Positions 1 through 12,380 of a DNA stretch of 64,000 nucleotides are shown piece by piece; the stretch's first letter is position 1; each line of letters starts with the position of its first letter. Location of the stretch: contig NC_068984.1 in the NCBI RefSeq assembly GCF_001194135.2, positions 24,511,671 through 24,575,670 of the forward strand, in the 5' to 3' direction. Source of the DNA: Octopus bimaculoides (lineage: Eukaryota). Both the position numbers and the translations under genes were made by a program. Below the pieces are notes generated by a model, which saw only the letters and a list, made by a program, of their open reading frames with translations, did no database searches and had not been told where the DNA came from.

Positions 1-1048
1 CATTTTCTTTTATGACCTCTGCCTCATGTCCCACAAACTGTCTGTCTTTAGATATGAAATTGAATATTTCAAATGATGTTAAATTCTTTGTAGAAACAAA
101 ATTTGTTTCCAATTAATGTCCAAGGCCAACAATTTTGAAGAGAAAGGGATAATTTGATACAACGACGCCAGTATTTGACTGGTGCTGTATTTTATTGATT
201 CAGAAGGATGATAGGTAAAGCTGACTTGGATATGATTTGAACTCAGAATGTAAAGCCACCTCGATGGAATTTAAATACAGAAAGTAAACAATAATGATTT
301 CAAGTTTCAGCACAAGGCCAGTAATTTTAGGGGCGAAGATAAGTTGATTGCATCGACTCCAATGTTCAACTGGTACTCAATTTTTTGACCCCCGAAAAGA
401 TGAAAGCAAAGTCAACCTCGGTGGAATTTGAACTCAGAACGTAAAGAACTGGAAAGAATACTACTGAGCATTTTGTCCGATGCATGAACGATTCTGTTAG
501 CTCACAGCCTTCAGAAAGTAATAATAATTAATTATAACCATTACTTTCAAAATATTGAGGGGTATATACGCTGTATAGTCATGATGCATACACAGTGACT
601 TCCCTTGAGATACATAGGCCGATGAGCTCCCATGCCTTCTAGCAGTTGTAACACACGCGCCCACACGCGTAAAATTTCAGATGTAAGGGAGACAACAGCG
701 TTGGCTATTGTTTCTGCCACTAACTAAAGTAAACTTAAATTTTAGAGAATGGTTTATAATGTTTAATTATCTCGTGCTCTTAGCATTAAATAGTTGACTA
801 GAAATGATTAGGTGGTGAGAAAAAATATTATCAATGACTACTGGGACTAATGACATCTTAAGCTAATTTTAACGTATTTTAATGAAAGGACTATCAGAAA
901 GCCTACGTGAATGTTTGTGAATGTATGTGAATGTTTGTATGTGTGATTATTATGTACCTTATTTATATGTAAGATACTACAATTAGCTGTCATTTATGGC
1001 GGCACAGGCTCAGCTAGTACATAATAACTTAGGAGGAAATTGTGACAT

Positions 1049-1074
1049 TCAGGCCTTTCTAATATCAATAACAG
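1049..1074 (-). CDS. Putative terminal coding exon of an uncharacterised small gene divergent from AARS1 (..TVIDIRKA*)
   Basis: Strong acceptor TTATTTTACTTTACAG at 1075; phase-1 entry matches the 1916-2010 exon; TGA at 1051-1049. No homology recognised. Confidence 0.35.
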
Positions 1075-1683
1075 CTGTAAAGTAAAATAATTACAAAACA
1101 GGAACTGAAACCAGCATCCTGATTAATTTCACAAGGATGAGTCAATAAGGGAGTTTCTATGTGATCACTCAACCTGCTAGAAATAGTAACCATATTCCCT
1201 TAAATTGCATGCTACCCTCTGAAAGAAAGGAAGGATATATTGGACAATGTAGTCCTAGATATACAGAAAAACAAAAGAAAACAAAATAGGATGGCCATAC
1301 TTGGAATGCCTTTCATCATAGAAGACTGCTCAATTAGAGATAACATAGAATTAAACAACAATAATATCTTGTAAAAAATCATACATCTATTGTACAGCAT
1401 AGACCAAACAATCATAAGGCTGATACAAGACTTCAAATGAGACAAGAGGAAGAAAATGGTAACTTTTAATGATAATAACTTATTTTCCTTAGGAATCAAA
1501 AATATCAACAATTAATAAATGCTATCTACTCTAATGTAGCAGTAATGCTAATATACAGATATATTTTTAGTAATTGAATTTTAATTAGAAATTAAAATAT
1601 ATATTAACTTTAATATCAAGTTCCAACTTTTTTTCAAGTTTCTAATAGAATCTATGTTTATGACATTTAATAATACGACACTT

Positions 1684-1904
1684 TTAACCCTTTAACATTT
1701 AACTGACTGTATCAAACCCAAATATTTTATCTGTTTTGTGTTCAAACCATCCAGATCTGGCTGCTCACCCTTACCCTAAAATGTCATTCTAAAAATAATC
1801 ACATCAGTGAAATTTTGAAGCTATGAACTAATAATTGATTAATTGAAAACAATGTGAATAAATAAGCATGACTCTTGACAGTAATTTGAATATTAAAAGG
1901 TTAA
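1684..1904 (+). mobile_element. piggyBac-type MITE, family 1
   Basis: TTAA on both sides; ends CCCTTTAACATTTAA...TGAATATTAAAAGG; a reverse-orientation relative lies at 50810-51037. Confidence 0.65.
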
Positions 1905-1915
1905 AGACTATTTAC

Positions 1916-2010
1916 TCAATCTGGTTGCTTGACTGTAAGCCTTTAATTTATAAACGCGGTATTCAATTTCCTCTCCAGACAGGTTAGGATTAATTACAGT
2001 TTGCATGCAG
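1916..2010 (-). CDS. Putative internal exon of the divergent small gene (CMQTVINPNLSGEEIEYRVYKLKAYSQATRL)
   Basis: 31 open codons; phase 2 in and phase 1 out match both neighbours; acceptor (purine-rich TAG) and donor (A|GTAAAT) are weak. Confidence 0.3.
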
Positions 2011-3108
2011 CTATTTATGTTTCATATCATTTACAGTTAAACAGAGGTGAGGGTACAGCTATGTGTTTAAGCAGTTTGCTTTGCAACTATATGGTTCTAT
2101 GGTTTCATCATACTGCTTGATACCTTGGGCAAGTCTCTTCTATTGTAGCTGTGGACTGGCCAATAACTTGTGAGTGGAATTTGGTAGACAGAAATGGTGT
2201 GAAAGCCTGTTGTATCACCATTTTTCTTTTTATTTGTTACTATCCACTTGTCCTTGCTTGCAGGATCAGATAAAAATTGTTGAGGTAGATTTTCTATAGC
2301 TAGATTCCCTTCCTTGTTGCCCAATTTCACCAGTTTCCAAGTGAGGTAATATTTCCCATTTCCCCTTAGTTGGACATGTTTTCATGGGAGACTGAAAATG
2401 AATGACACTGCTTGTATGATGGTGACACTTACTTACAACTGTCATGCAATGCTAAGATAAGGAGTCATACACATACACTCACACACATTGCTTCAACAAT
2501 GTATTACTACCTGCGGCATTCTCAAGAAAAAAAATAATAATAATCTTGTGTGAAAGAAAAAAAATCTCAAAGCGGGGAGGTGTTGTGGTGGACACCCCCA
2601 AGTGAGAAGTGGGCTGTTCCACTACTCATAAATAGTGAACAGACACAGCAAGCAGGATCAGTCAGTGAGGTACGCCGTACAGACCAGTCACACAGATGAC
2701 ACAGTTACATCGTCAAAATATGGGACATATCATGTTCTTTGTTGTTTATTGTGGGTTGTCAGAGAGATTAGCATAATCCCACACTATGAAGGTAGGAAAG
2801 CAAGTGTACTATGGTGATAAGACAGTAATTCTACAGTGGCGTTTATGGGGTTCACACATACAGTAAAATACAGGGTAACTCCAATACATATGTTCTCATT
2901 GTTGAGAAGGGGACAATGTTGAGCCAAATACCTCTGTTTGGCTGGGAGGCAATCCAGAAACATGACAGATGGTGTTTGGAGAGATGACTGGATTCATGTA
3001 TTATCTCAGATGTGTTGATTGGTGTTGTGTGGTGGAAGACAGTGAGATCACCATGAACCCAGACAGCTTATACTGTCTCATACCTATTGTCCACATTTGG
3101 TTCAGATA

Positions 3109-3642
3109 TACACGGTCTGATCAATAAGTATCCAGACTGTTGCCATAGTAATAAAACTAAATCACACAGAGTGAAGACGCTTGGCATGAATTGACCTTGA
3201 ACTCTGCTATGCATGTGCACAAAGTTTTAATGTTCTAGTTCACTTCTGCTGTTTACAGCAGTGTTTGGAAGGAAGGTGTGTAGTGTGTGATCATCACATT
3301 GACCATGACAGAAAGTTGAGCAGAGAATCTGCATCAAATTTTGCCAAAAGCCTGGTGATACCTTCTCATAGACCTATGCAAAGTTTTCAAAAAGTTTCCA
3401 TCATTCTCAACACAATCAAAGAGATCTTGTGCAACTGAAACCTGAGTGTCTTTTTGGTCAGCTGAAAGCAGTTTTGGCACAAACTTGGCAGACGTGCGTC
3501 TCATACCCAAATCTTCAGTGATAATGGACTGAACTGAATCATAATTAATCTGCACATCCTCTGATAACTCACGGATGGTGATTCAACAATTTCCCCTCAC
3601 AGCTATATGCACATCTACGATGTTTTTCTCAGTTCTGCTGGT
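3109..3642. mobile_element. Mariner fragment: left end in + orientation joined to an inverted transposase segment
   Basis: TA + TIR CACGGTCTGATCAATAAGTATCC shared with the copy at 57505; minus-strand peptide QINYDSVQSIITEDLGMRRTSAKFVPKLLS is mariner-like. Confidence 0.8.
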
Positions 3643-4860
3643 GTGCTATTTGAGGAAAATTTTGCTGATTTATAGTGACTCTAGGCATTCACTTTAATTT
3701 TTGGGTTCAGACGCTAATTTCACACATATAAATAAGTAGGGTTATTATTGTAGGGAACTGAACATAATTTTAAGTCCTGTGATGTTACAATTTTAGACAC
3801 AAGGCCAACAAATTTGAGCTGAGGGTGTTAGCTGATACCATTGACCTCAGCACTTGAATAGTACTTATTATATCAACCCCAAAAGGATGAAAGGCAATGT
3901 TGACCTCAGTGGAATTTGAACTGAGTATAGACATTTGGAACAAATCACTAGCGTAGCTAGAGTGTGTGTGTCAGGGCAGCTCTTCTGTTTGCTGCCCCTG
4001 GACCCCACAAAAAACACATATTACCTATGGCAGACTCAAAAGTGTCACCACCCACCAGCTACTCTAGTGGAACAAATACTGTCTGGCACTCTAATGATTC
4101 TTCCAGCCCACTGCCTTACTATGTAATAATTCTTTCTACTGTAGGCACAAGGACTGAAATTTTGAGAGAAGGGCTAGTTGATTACTTTGACTCCAGCACT
4201 TAGCTGGTATTCATTTTATCAACTCTAACAAGAGGAAAGGCAATGTTGATCTCGGTGGTATTTGAACTCAGAGTATGAACCCCCCCACACACACACACAA
4301 GAAACACTCTTGAACCTACACTCTAACAAGTCTTCCAGTTCACTGCCTTACTAATCTATTTAATTATAACCCCTGTAATAGTACTTTCTTGATTTCCTTT
4401 TCAACAGTACTCATGTAAGGTTTTAAATTTACAAAAATAAGCTCTAAAAAAATTATCTCCATTAAATCATTTACTTGTTCCAACCACTGAGCTTTGGTTT
4501 TTATTTGAAATATTTTGGGATTTAAATGTACAATCTAGTGTATGTGTGTATCTTGGGTTTAGAATAGTTATACGGTGTCCCCGTGTGCTGGAAAAGGTAA
4601 CTCAATGAGTTGACAACAGAAAGAGTGTTTTGGCCATAAAACTAGTCCAACCCATGCCAGCAAGGAAGCATACATGTAAAATTATATCAAGCATGAGAAA
4701 TGCCTTTTCGCTTATTTATTTGAATATTTATTTTAAAACTTAAAAAGAGAGCCGAAAAGGACTTATATGAGGTCATCTGATTGCTAGAAATAACAGCCAA
4801 ATCACCCTATGTTTTAGGAAAGAACATATTTGACAATGTGATTGCTCAGTCCTGACCTAC

Positions 4861-5021
4861 TTGGGATTATGCAATAACAACACCGTCGCCACCGCCTTAT
4901 TCGCGGATCTTTCTCGATCTCTCTTTGAAAGTATGTTCCCTTCTCTGATGTTCACTGCATTAAATATGCTATCACTAACTTTAACATGTGATAACCTAGT
5001 GTTATCATGTAAGCACGATAA
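4861..5021 (-). CDS. Putative exon of the divergent small gene (LSCLHDNTRLSHVKVSDSIFNAVNIREGNILSKRDRERSANKAVATVLLLHNP)
   Basis: 161 nt with 53 open codons; long pyrimidine tract and GACAG acceptor at 5022; donor AA|GTAGGT at 4860. Confidence 0.4.
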
Positions 5022-5123
5022 CTGTCAATTGAAACTAAAGAAACGGAAGCTAAAAATTAAGTAAAAGATTAAAAACAAATGTTGCATAGGAAATTGCAAT
5101 ATTAAGATTAAAAGGGCAAAATA

Positions 5124-5132
5124 TGATGCAAT
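5124..5132 (+). promoter_or_regulatory. C/EBP-ATF (CARE/AARE) element TGATGCAAT
   Basis: Exact match to the ATF4 composite site, upstream of the AARS first exon. Confidence 0.55.
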
Positions 5133-5299
5133 ATAGGCAGTAAGTGGCGTTATAATTAAGCTATATAACTGTGAAAAATTACTGGTTAATTTACGCTTCA
5201 GACAGCAGAATGTACCTATACATGGGAGAGTAAGATGTGTTAGTTTCATTGATACTTTTTAGCCTGTACCATTATATGGAGAGTTGTATTTTGTTGCAA

Positions 5300-5416
5300 C
5301 TCATCCCGGTTGTTGTCTGTTTCTAAGGTTGTTAACTAAATATCGCGAATTCATCTAATTTCTTCTCACCTCACATTTTTATTCATTCTTGTTTTTCAAG
5401 ACAGTTTGATTGTCGG
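5300..5416 (+). other. AARS1: Probable non-coding first exon of AARS1 (start approximate)
   Basis: Consensus donor CGG|GTAAGT at 5417; locally CpG-retaining; no ATG; coding exon 1 is preceded by acceptors at 9717/9724. Confidence 0.5.
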
Positions 5417-5501
5417 GTAAGTATTTTAATTTTCTTTTACATATGTTTCTGATGACATAGTTAAATGTAGTGTAGCAGTATGTAACGTATATACGTTTTC
5501 T

Positions 5502-5510
5502 ATTGCATCA
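5502..5510 (-). promoter_or_regulatory. Second CARE/AARE element (ATTGCATCA on +) in AARS intron 1
   Basis: Exact reverse-complement match about 85 nt after the first donor. Confidence 0.55.
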
Positions 5511-8500
5511 TTCTTTTATATTTTGATATCTTAAGTTTTAATAAACATGACAGCCTGTATATATATATTTTCGACTTTTGGATACTTCTGCAATACTCAC
5601 GCACAGACACTATAATAATGATATTAATATATTGATATAGAATCTTAATTCTTCTCTATATGGATATATGATTAAAATTATGAATGATGTTTTATTATGG
5701 CAATATAGCAAAAATTTTATAGCCATATTGCTAGTCCTAGAGAACTCCTATATCTCTTGTTATGGGCGTAATAAAAAGAAGGGTGAAAAGGGGGAATCTG
5801 ATTGTGGAATTAACTGTTCTATCGGGTAGCAACAAGAAATGTGTCGAAAGTAAGCTTTCTTAGTGTTTAGACCCGTTGGAAGAAATGTGTTGCACGGGGT
5901 GGAGTCTCATGGACTTAGCTGTTAGATCCACGAGGTTTTGCTTAGCTGTCTGGCATATGACTAAAGGATAGCAAATTAATGATTGGAAATGAATAATGCC
6001 TCGTCAAAGATTTGGTGCAAATATCTTGGAAGCACCTCCATATTAGTGTATTGACGAGAAAAAGAAAGAAAAGGTCTCAGTCATTAAGTGAAAACCGAGA
6101 AACACATGCTTCTCTAGTGCGCAATCAGGTTTCGTACGCTTCTTTGTGTTTTAACCAGACTGTTGTGCATTATTAAGCGCCAATTTGAACATTAATAGCA
6201 GTAAGAGAAGACCTCTATTTGAAGAATCCCAAATGTTTACAACGAAGAGAATGTCCCTTTCACTAAATTCGGATTATTTAGTTGTTTATGAGTTATTTCT
6301 TCAAGTTTTACTGGTAGATATCTGTTAATGATTTAAAATTATTTAGTTTATGGACTACATAAACATATAGGTGTATGTATGGCTGTATGATAAAGAAGTT
6401 CGCTGCACAATTACATGGTTTCTGGTTCAGTTCCAATTCACGACACTTCGGTCAAGTGTCTAATTAGCATGGCCCCTGATCGACCAAAGCCTTGTCAGTC
6501 AGATTTGATTGACGGAAACTGTGGAGCTCGTCAGGAAGACCGTTCTAGTTCTTGGGTGTTGAAGTTAATCTGTTGCTCCTGTTCAAACTTGGTCTTTGTG
6601 TGTCTAGCTTTTGGACCATGTATAATGTGAAAGCTATTTCTTCTTCCCCATTAGAGACCCCGAAAATACTGGCATAACTACACCAAAGTCGGTGGGGGGG
6701 GGGTACAACTCTGTAGTTATGCCAAAATACTTACACTAAGTGATAAAAAAAATATTAAAATTTTTTTATCTTATCTCTCATCAAGATTTCGTTTAAGTTA
6801 CATATTTATGGCATTCATTTATGATTATCCCTTATAATTATGAAACCTTATTTTTTTATTATCATTTCTCCTTGTGAATTTAGGAAGGTAGTCTTAAGGC
6901 AAGTTTCTAAGTAGTCTAGAGAAGGAAGTTAAACGACCGCTTGGAAAATATGTAGGATGAAAAAAAGTAATAACTTAAATAACCTTCTGGTGGTTTTCTA
7001 AAGAGAATCTGAGTGACGTTTCTAATATATTTCCATTAAACTTTCATTGCTAGAGATTTGAAGGATGGAGTGACTAGATATTAATAGCCCCTGTGGGCAA
7101 TAAAGAAATAGATATTAATAGCATAGGTAACAACAATGAGCAGGGAAGAGAAACATCTAGTGTTTTGTTATTTGCTATTGACATAAATTTGGAAGCCACA
7201 GAAACTGCTGAGATCATCATTGATTTCCATTTGGTAGTTGAAAAAGCAAAAAAATCAAGAAATGTGTTGACATTAAATGTTTTAGCTAATTTTTAGGTTT
7301 TTGCATTTATAAAGGGTGTGGTACAGCGTTTTCTTTTTCCAAATGTATTTAGTGCCTATGATATAATTTCATTTTTAATAACTGAAGTGCTCTCCATTCC
7401 TGCTTGAAAAACTTGTATTATTGTATTTAATTTTTTAAAAATCTCTTTCTATATTAAGCCTATGCACTAAATATTAAAAACTATTTAAGATTGTAGTTGA
7501 GGGGAGGAAATGGAATGATATTGTTATCTACAGTATGGACATTGTATAAAGTTGAGACCAGCATTGTTAACTCTTAGGCAGAGAGATTGGTTCGCATGAC
7601 ACCAGGGCATATTCATATACTTGTGGACCTATGTGACATATATCAAGGGGTCAGCTCTTCTCCAAGTCCTGTATGCCTCAGCCACAGAACCATCTACTAT
7701 TTGACCCATAACTGGGGCCCTTGACAGGTTCTGTCACTCCAGGCTAGAGTGGAACTGGGAGCAATGGTGACTAATGGTAACTTAATACTCCCTAAAATTC
7801 TTGAACTCCTAACCTGGACTCTCCCCATCGGATGCAGTTGAGTGTCTTTTTCAGGACAACTAGTCTCCCTCTTGTGTACCATTTCCTCCCTGCTCCTCCA
7901 CCTTGCATGTCATCCTCCTTTCTGGTCTATTTTCCTTCTTGAGCTACTTCTCTCTCTCTCTCTTACCTTCTTGTATCTTGAAATATTATCACTGCCATTT
8001 TTATATTTCTAGTTACTCTCACCCACCCTTATGTAGTGTTGGGTAGGCATATAGCTTCTCTATAACAAGACACTGGGATTGTTGCTCTACGATACTTTTA
8101 CCTCTCAACACCTGGCATAGAACCACTGCCCCCTAAAATCCCACCTGCACAAATTTAGTCGAGAGAGCTTTTCCTTTTTCCTGTTCCTTCACGTCTTGCA
8201 TGTCACTTGGTGACCTCGTCTAGTGCTGGTGGCATGAAAAAAAAAAGCATCTACCACACATTATCAGGTTGTACCCATAAAATGACTGGCATTAGGAAAG
8301 GCATCCAGCTATAGAAACCCTGCCAAAGCTGACATTGGAGCTTGGCACAATTTGACTTGTCAGCTCCTGTCAAACTGCACAACCTAAGACAACATGGAAA
8401 ACAGACATTAAAAAAGAATGAAGTGAAATTAAACCAACTAATTAAATCTTGTTGAGTTCATTGATGATAGCTCATAGAAAATAGTAGGGACAACAGAATG

Positions 8501-9725
8501 TATTTTACAAGGACTGGTGTCGTAAGGGTTGCAGTAAACACTGATATCAAAAGGATGCATTCTATATCACATGTTTAACAGTATACCTAATAGTAATGCA
8601 CAATATTCACAACTAATTACTGACTAATGGTAGCATGTAACTAAAACACTGGTCTATATATAGACTGTGAAGCTTTAGATTAGAACTATGCCCCTCACGC
8701 TCTAACAGCGACCTTGAAACTTGAGAGTAAAAGTAGAGTAATTCATATAAAGTATTCTAGATGTAAGATTATAACAGAAGATAAAGGCATTTGGTCACCT
8801 GGTGAAATGAGTGTTGAACTTCCCTTGATTTATGTGCAGGTAACTTTCTGTACGTCTGTTGAGCATTTCACCTGCTGTTAATAAATATGTTTGAGTTTTA
8901 ATGCACTGAGTATTTTTTGTGTGTGTGTCTGCGTCTGGTTCTTTGTTCCCTCTCTTCTGTTTGTAACAATATGATACATCTGATCCACATGATTATTTTT
9001 TCACAACAATCAAATGGAAGCCAATGACCTCAGTTGTTTTTATGGCTTCCAAATTTATATCTATAGCAAGTGGTAACAGTCGAGATATTTCTCTTCCCTA
9101 CTCAGGTTTGTTACTAATGCTGTTAATATCTGTAGTCTCTCCATCTCCATTTTTTAAAACTCTGGATAATAACCAACAGAAACAATATCTGAGCTAATTA
9201 TTTCTGATTAAAATTTAAACAAATTAAAACTCAGTTGAATGTTTGTTGTAAAAATTTAAGAATAAGAAAAGCTTACTGTGAAAATGTAAGCCTAATTCTT
9301 TAGAGAGAATAACAAATTGATATTTTTAGAATTACCACAGATGATATCTTTGAAACAATTTTATTTTTATGAGATTCATATGAACTTCTCTTTTCCCTTT
9401 ATTCCTTTACTGATTTCAACTGTCTTAAGGCATCATAATTAAGAGTGTTAGCTGATTATATTCATTCCCAGTGCTTATTTTAGTGTTAGGTGATGCATCT
9501 TGACACTAGTTTACACACACACATTTTACATACCTCCTATTTCACTCTGAAGATTTCAGTAGAAGGTACCTGCCCAAGATGTCATGCAGTAGGATTGGAC
9601 CTAGACTCATACAGCTATGCCTGCACATATATATTTAAGGGTTTTATTGAAGTAGACAATTTCTATTGATAATTTTGTTGATCCAGCTGTAAAACTTTGC
9701 TTTTATTTTTATGATAGTTTCCAGT

Positions 9726-9869
9726 ATGAAGACTTACTTAACAAGTAGTCAAGTGAGAAACAGCTTTCTTGATTTCTTCAAGGAGAAAGAGCACTTGTAT
9801 GTCCATTCTTCATCTGTAATTCCTCACGATGACCCAACATTATTATTTGCCAATGCTGGCATGAATCAG
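9726..9869 (+). CDS. AARS1: Alanyl-tRNA synthetase, cytoplasmic, coding exon 1
   Basis: [18 protein letters not shown]...[14 protein letters not shown]; donor GTATGT; 144 nt. Confidence 0.97.
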
Positions 9870-10169
9870 GTATGTAATTTACTGGTGATATCAATATTTG
9901 TGATATATAACAAAGAATCATTGGGGTTGGATGCAGCATGATATGTTTCTATTTGTTTTCATCCAGTGTCTTATCACTGTAAGTCAACATGCTTGGATTC
10001 ACATCACCTCTTCTTCCCATGCATTCTTTGATGTAACTGTAAAAAATATTGTGGATCCATATGATGTGGACCATTTGTGTAATAGATGCTATAAATACCA
10101 ACCACTTTATAGCATGTACTGGGTGCTGTTTTTCATTGAGGTCACCATGCAGTTTGCGAGATATGCTAT

Positions 10170-10440
10170 AAAGTGGTTAGTATTAGGAAGGGTTTCTGCT
10201 TGGCTGGCTACATACTCTGTGTAGTTAATCAACAGCACTTGAAAACAGTCATTTCTTGGGTACCACCTGATAGCAGGTGTAGAAGGGACTGGCTGAAGAT
10301 CACTTGGCAGCAGACATTTCAAGATGACCTGAAGACAGCCAGCATTACATGGAATGGATGTGCAAGAATAGCAACCAATATAACCTGATGGGAGAAAGCT
10401 TACTGCCCAATGTACTGAGCAGTGCAGAAGAACTTAAAAC
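10170..10440 (+). mobile_element. Degenerate RTE-like LINE C-terminal fragment
   Basis: KTVISWVPPDSRCRRDWLKITWQQTFQDDL resembles the RTE C-terminal 'GRP..TW...DL' region. Confidence 0.45.
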
Positions 10441-10569
10441 TAAGAAGGTTATACCAGACATAGAAACTGTGATATAAAAGTTTTAGACTGTTATATGTTG
10501 TATATTAATTGTAAAATGAACTTTATAACTGTGTAAATATTTTCTAATACTATCCATTTTTTATTTCAG

Positions 10570-10758
10570 TTTAAACCAATTTTTTTAGGAACTGTTGATC
10601 CTAGTAGTGATATGTCAAAATGGGTCCGAACAGCTAACACACAAAAATGTATTCGTGCTGGTGGAAAACACAATGATCTTGAAGATGTAGGCAAAGATGT
10701 CTACCATCACACTTTCTTTGAAATGTTGGGGAATTGGTCATTTGGTGACTATTATAAG
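10570..10758 (+). CDS. AARS1: AARS1 coding exon 2
   Basis: FKPIFLG...[39 protein letters not shown]; AG/GT; 189 nt. Confidence 0.98.
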
Positions 10759-11745
10759 GTCAGTATTTTAGAATTATTTTCTGTTTTTATCCTTTGTTTT
10801 ATCATTATATATTGGCTTGCGACAAAGGAATAGATAGACAAACCTATACTTACCAAATTTTTTTGTAGTATTTGAAATATTTTTAATTCTTCTAAGTATT
10901 TAGCAAAAACCATGAAACTTTATTTGTTTTGGAATGCAGGTCTAAACAATGTATGGTAAAAGAATTATTTAAATTTATGATGATTTGGAAAATAATATTA
11001 TAAATTAAGGAATAATCTCTCAAAAATAGGTGAAGATATTCTATATGCAAAAATGTAAGGCCTTTTCTGCCATTTCCTATTCACAATTCTTAATTTAAAG
11101 TATAAATATGTGGAGTATTAATTTACTTTGTTTGAATAGGTTTGTGGTAAGAAGTTTGCTTCCCAACTACATAGTTTGGGTTCTGTCCCACTGCATGGCA
11201 TCTTGGGCAAGTGTCTTCTTTTATAGCCTCAGACTGATCAAATCCTAGTGAGTGGATCTGGTACACAAATGTATGTGTAAGTCTCGACATCACAGGATGG
11301 TTGTCCTAAGGGTTGGCTACAGGAAAGGCATCTGGCCACAAAAAATCTACCTTGATAAACTCTACCTGACCCATACAAGCATGGAAAAGTGGATGTTAAA
11401 ATGATGCTGAATATCTACTCTAAGACAAGCAGTCTTTTTGTTAAACAACACATGTTGACACATTCTTAGCCTGCAGTTGTGGTGTAGAGATGTTTATGAT
11501 CCAGAATTGTGTGGTATGAAGTATGAAAACTACATTTTGATGAATGACTTATGAGAGTTGAGTTCAAGGTTCAAATAAACATACATTAAGATTCTGCACT
11601 TTTTTGAAAGTGTGCATGGAATATAGGTATCACATTTAGAGTGAAATGATGGACAAAATGATACAAGATAGACAAGAGAAACGAATGTTATATCTCTGTT
11701 GATAGCATTGAAAATTCATGATAAACTGGTAATTTTTACTTTCAG

Positions 11746-11891
11746 AAAGAAATATGTTCTTGGGCATGGGAATACCTTGTACACAGACTAGGTTTGGAAA
11801 AGGATCGTTTGTATGTGACTTACTTTGGTGGCAATCCTGCGACTAATTTGAACCCAGATGATGAATGTAAACAAATTTGGTTAGATCTTGG
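11746..11891 (+). CDS. AARS1: AARS1 coding exon 3
   Basis: [11 protein letters not shown]...RLYVTYFGG...QIWLDLG; donor GTAAGT; 146 nt. Confidence 0.97.
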
Positions 11892-11934
11892 GTAAGTGTT
11901 TTTATATGTGTCTATAGATTGCTAGCCACTACAC

Positions 11935-12080
11935 ATTCTTTTTTTCTCTCCTTGTTTCTTTCTGTGGAAGAGCGTAGGCTCGAAACGTTAAAGACTTTTT
12001 CACTTCCCAAGCGTTATACTAATGCATCTGTTTGTTTTCTACACCACCTGTCTTCGTCTTTTGTTTTTTTTGTGAATTGT

Positions 12081-12083
<3 letters not shown>
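11935..12083 (+). mobile_element. Penelope-like terminal fragment abutting (TA)n
   Basis: Reverse-complement copies at about 51780-51842 and 52489-52645, each next to (TA)n; GAAGA..CGAAACGT motif. Family call tentative. Confidence 0.45.
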
Positions 12084-12112
<29 letters not shown>

Positions 12113-12115
<3 letters not shown>

Positions 12116-12380
12116 TCCTGTACAGGTGGCATGTAAAATACACCATTTCGAGCGTGGCCGTTGCTAGTACCTCCTGACTGGCCTTCGTGCCAGTGGCACG
12201 TAAAAGCACCCACTACACTCTCTGAGTGGTTGGCGTTAGGAAGGGCATCCAGCTGTAGAAACTCTGCCAAATCAGACTGGAGCCTGGTGTTGCCATCCGG
12301 TTTCACCAGTCCTCAGTCAAATCGTCCAACCCATGCTAGCATGGAAAGCGGACGTTAAACGATGATGATGATGATGATGA
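12113..12380 (+). mobile_element. RTE LINE 3' end with (GAT)n tail, repeated at 12734-12980 across an N gap
   Basis: Same 3' UTR as follows the RT remnant at 49709-50595. Confidence 0.85.

Noticed and set aside
5025-5249. 74-aa minus-strand ORF MKLTHL... as a gene or selenoprotein read-through into the 5021 exon
   Set aside because: Most of it is pyrimidine-tract intron-like sequence; no SECIS or redox motif seen, and its donors are phase 1 with no good matching acceptor.
9711-9725. In-frame upstream ATG (MIVSS) as an N-terminal or mitochondrial extension of AARS
   Set aside because: It lies upstream of both candidate acceptors (9717, 9724), so it is intronic, and five residues are not a targeting peptide.
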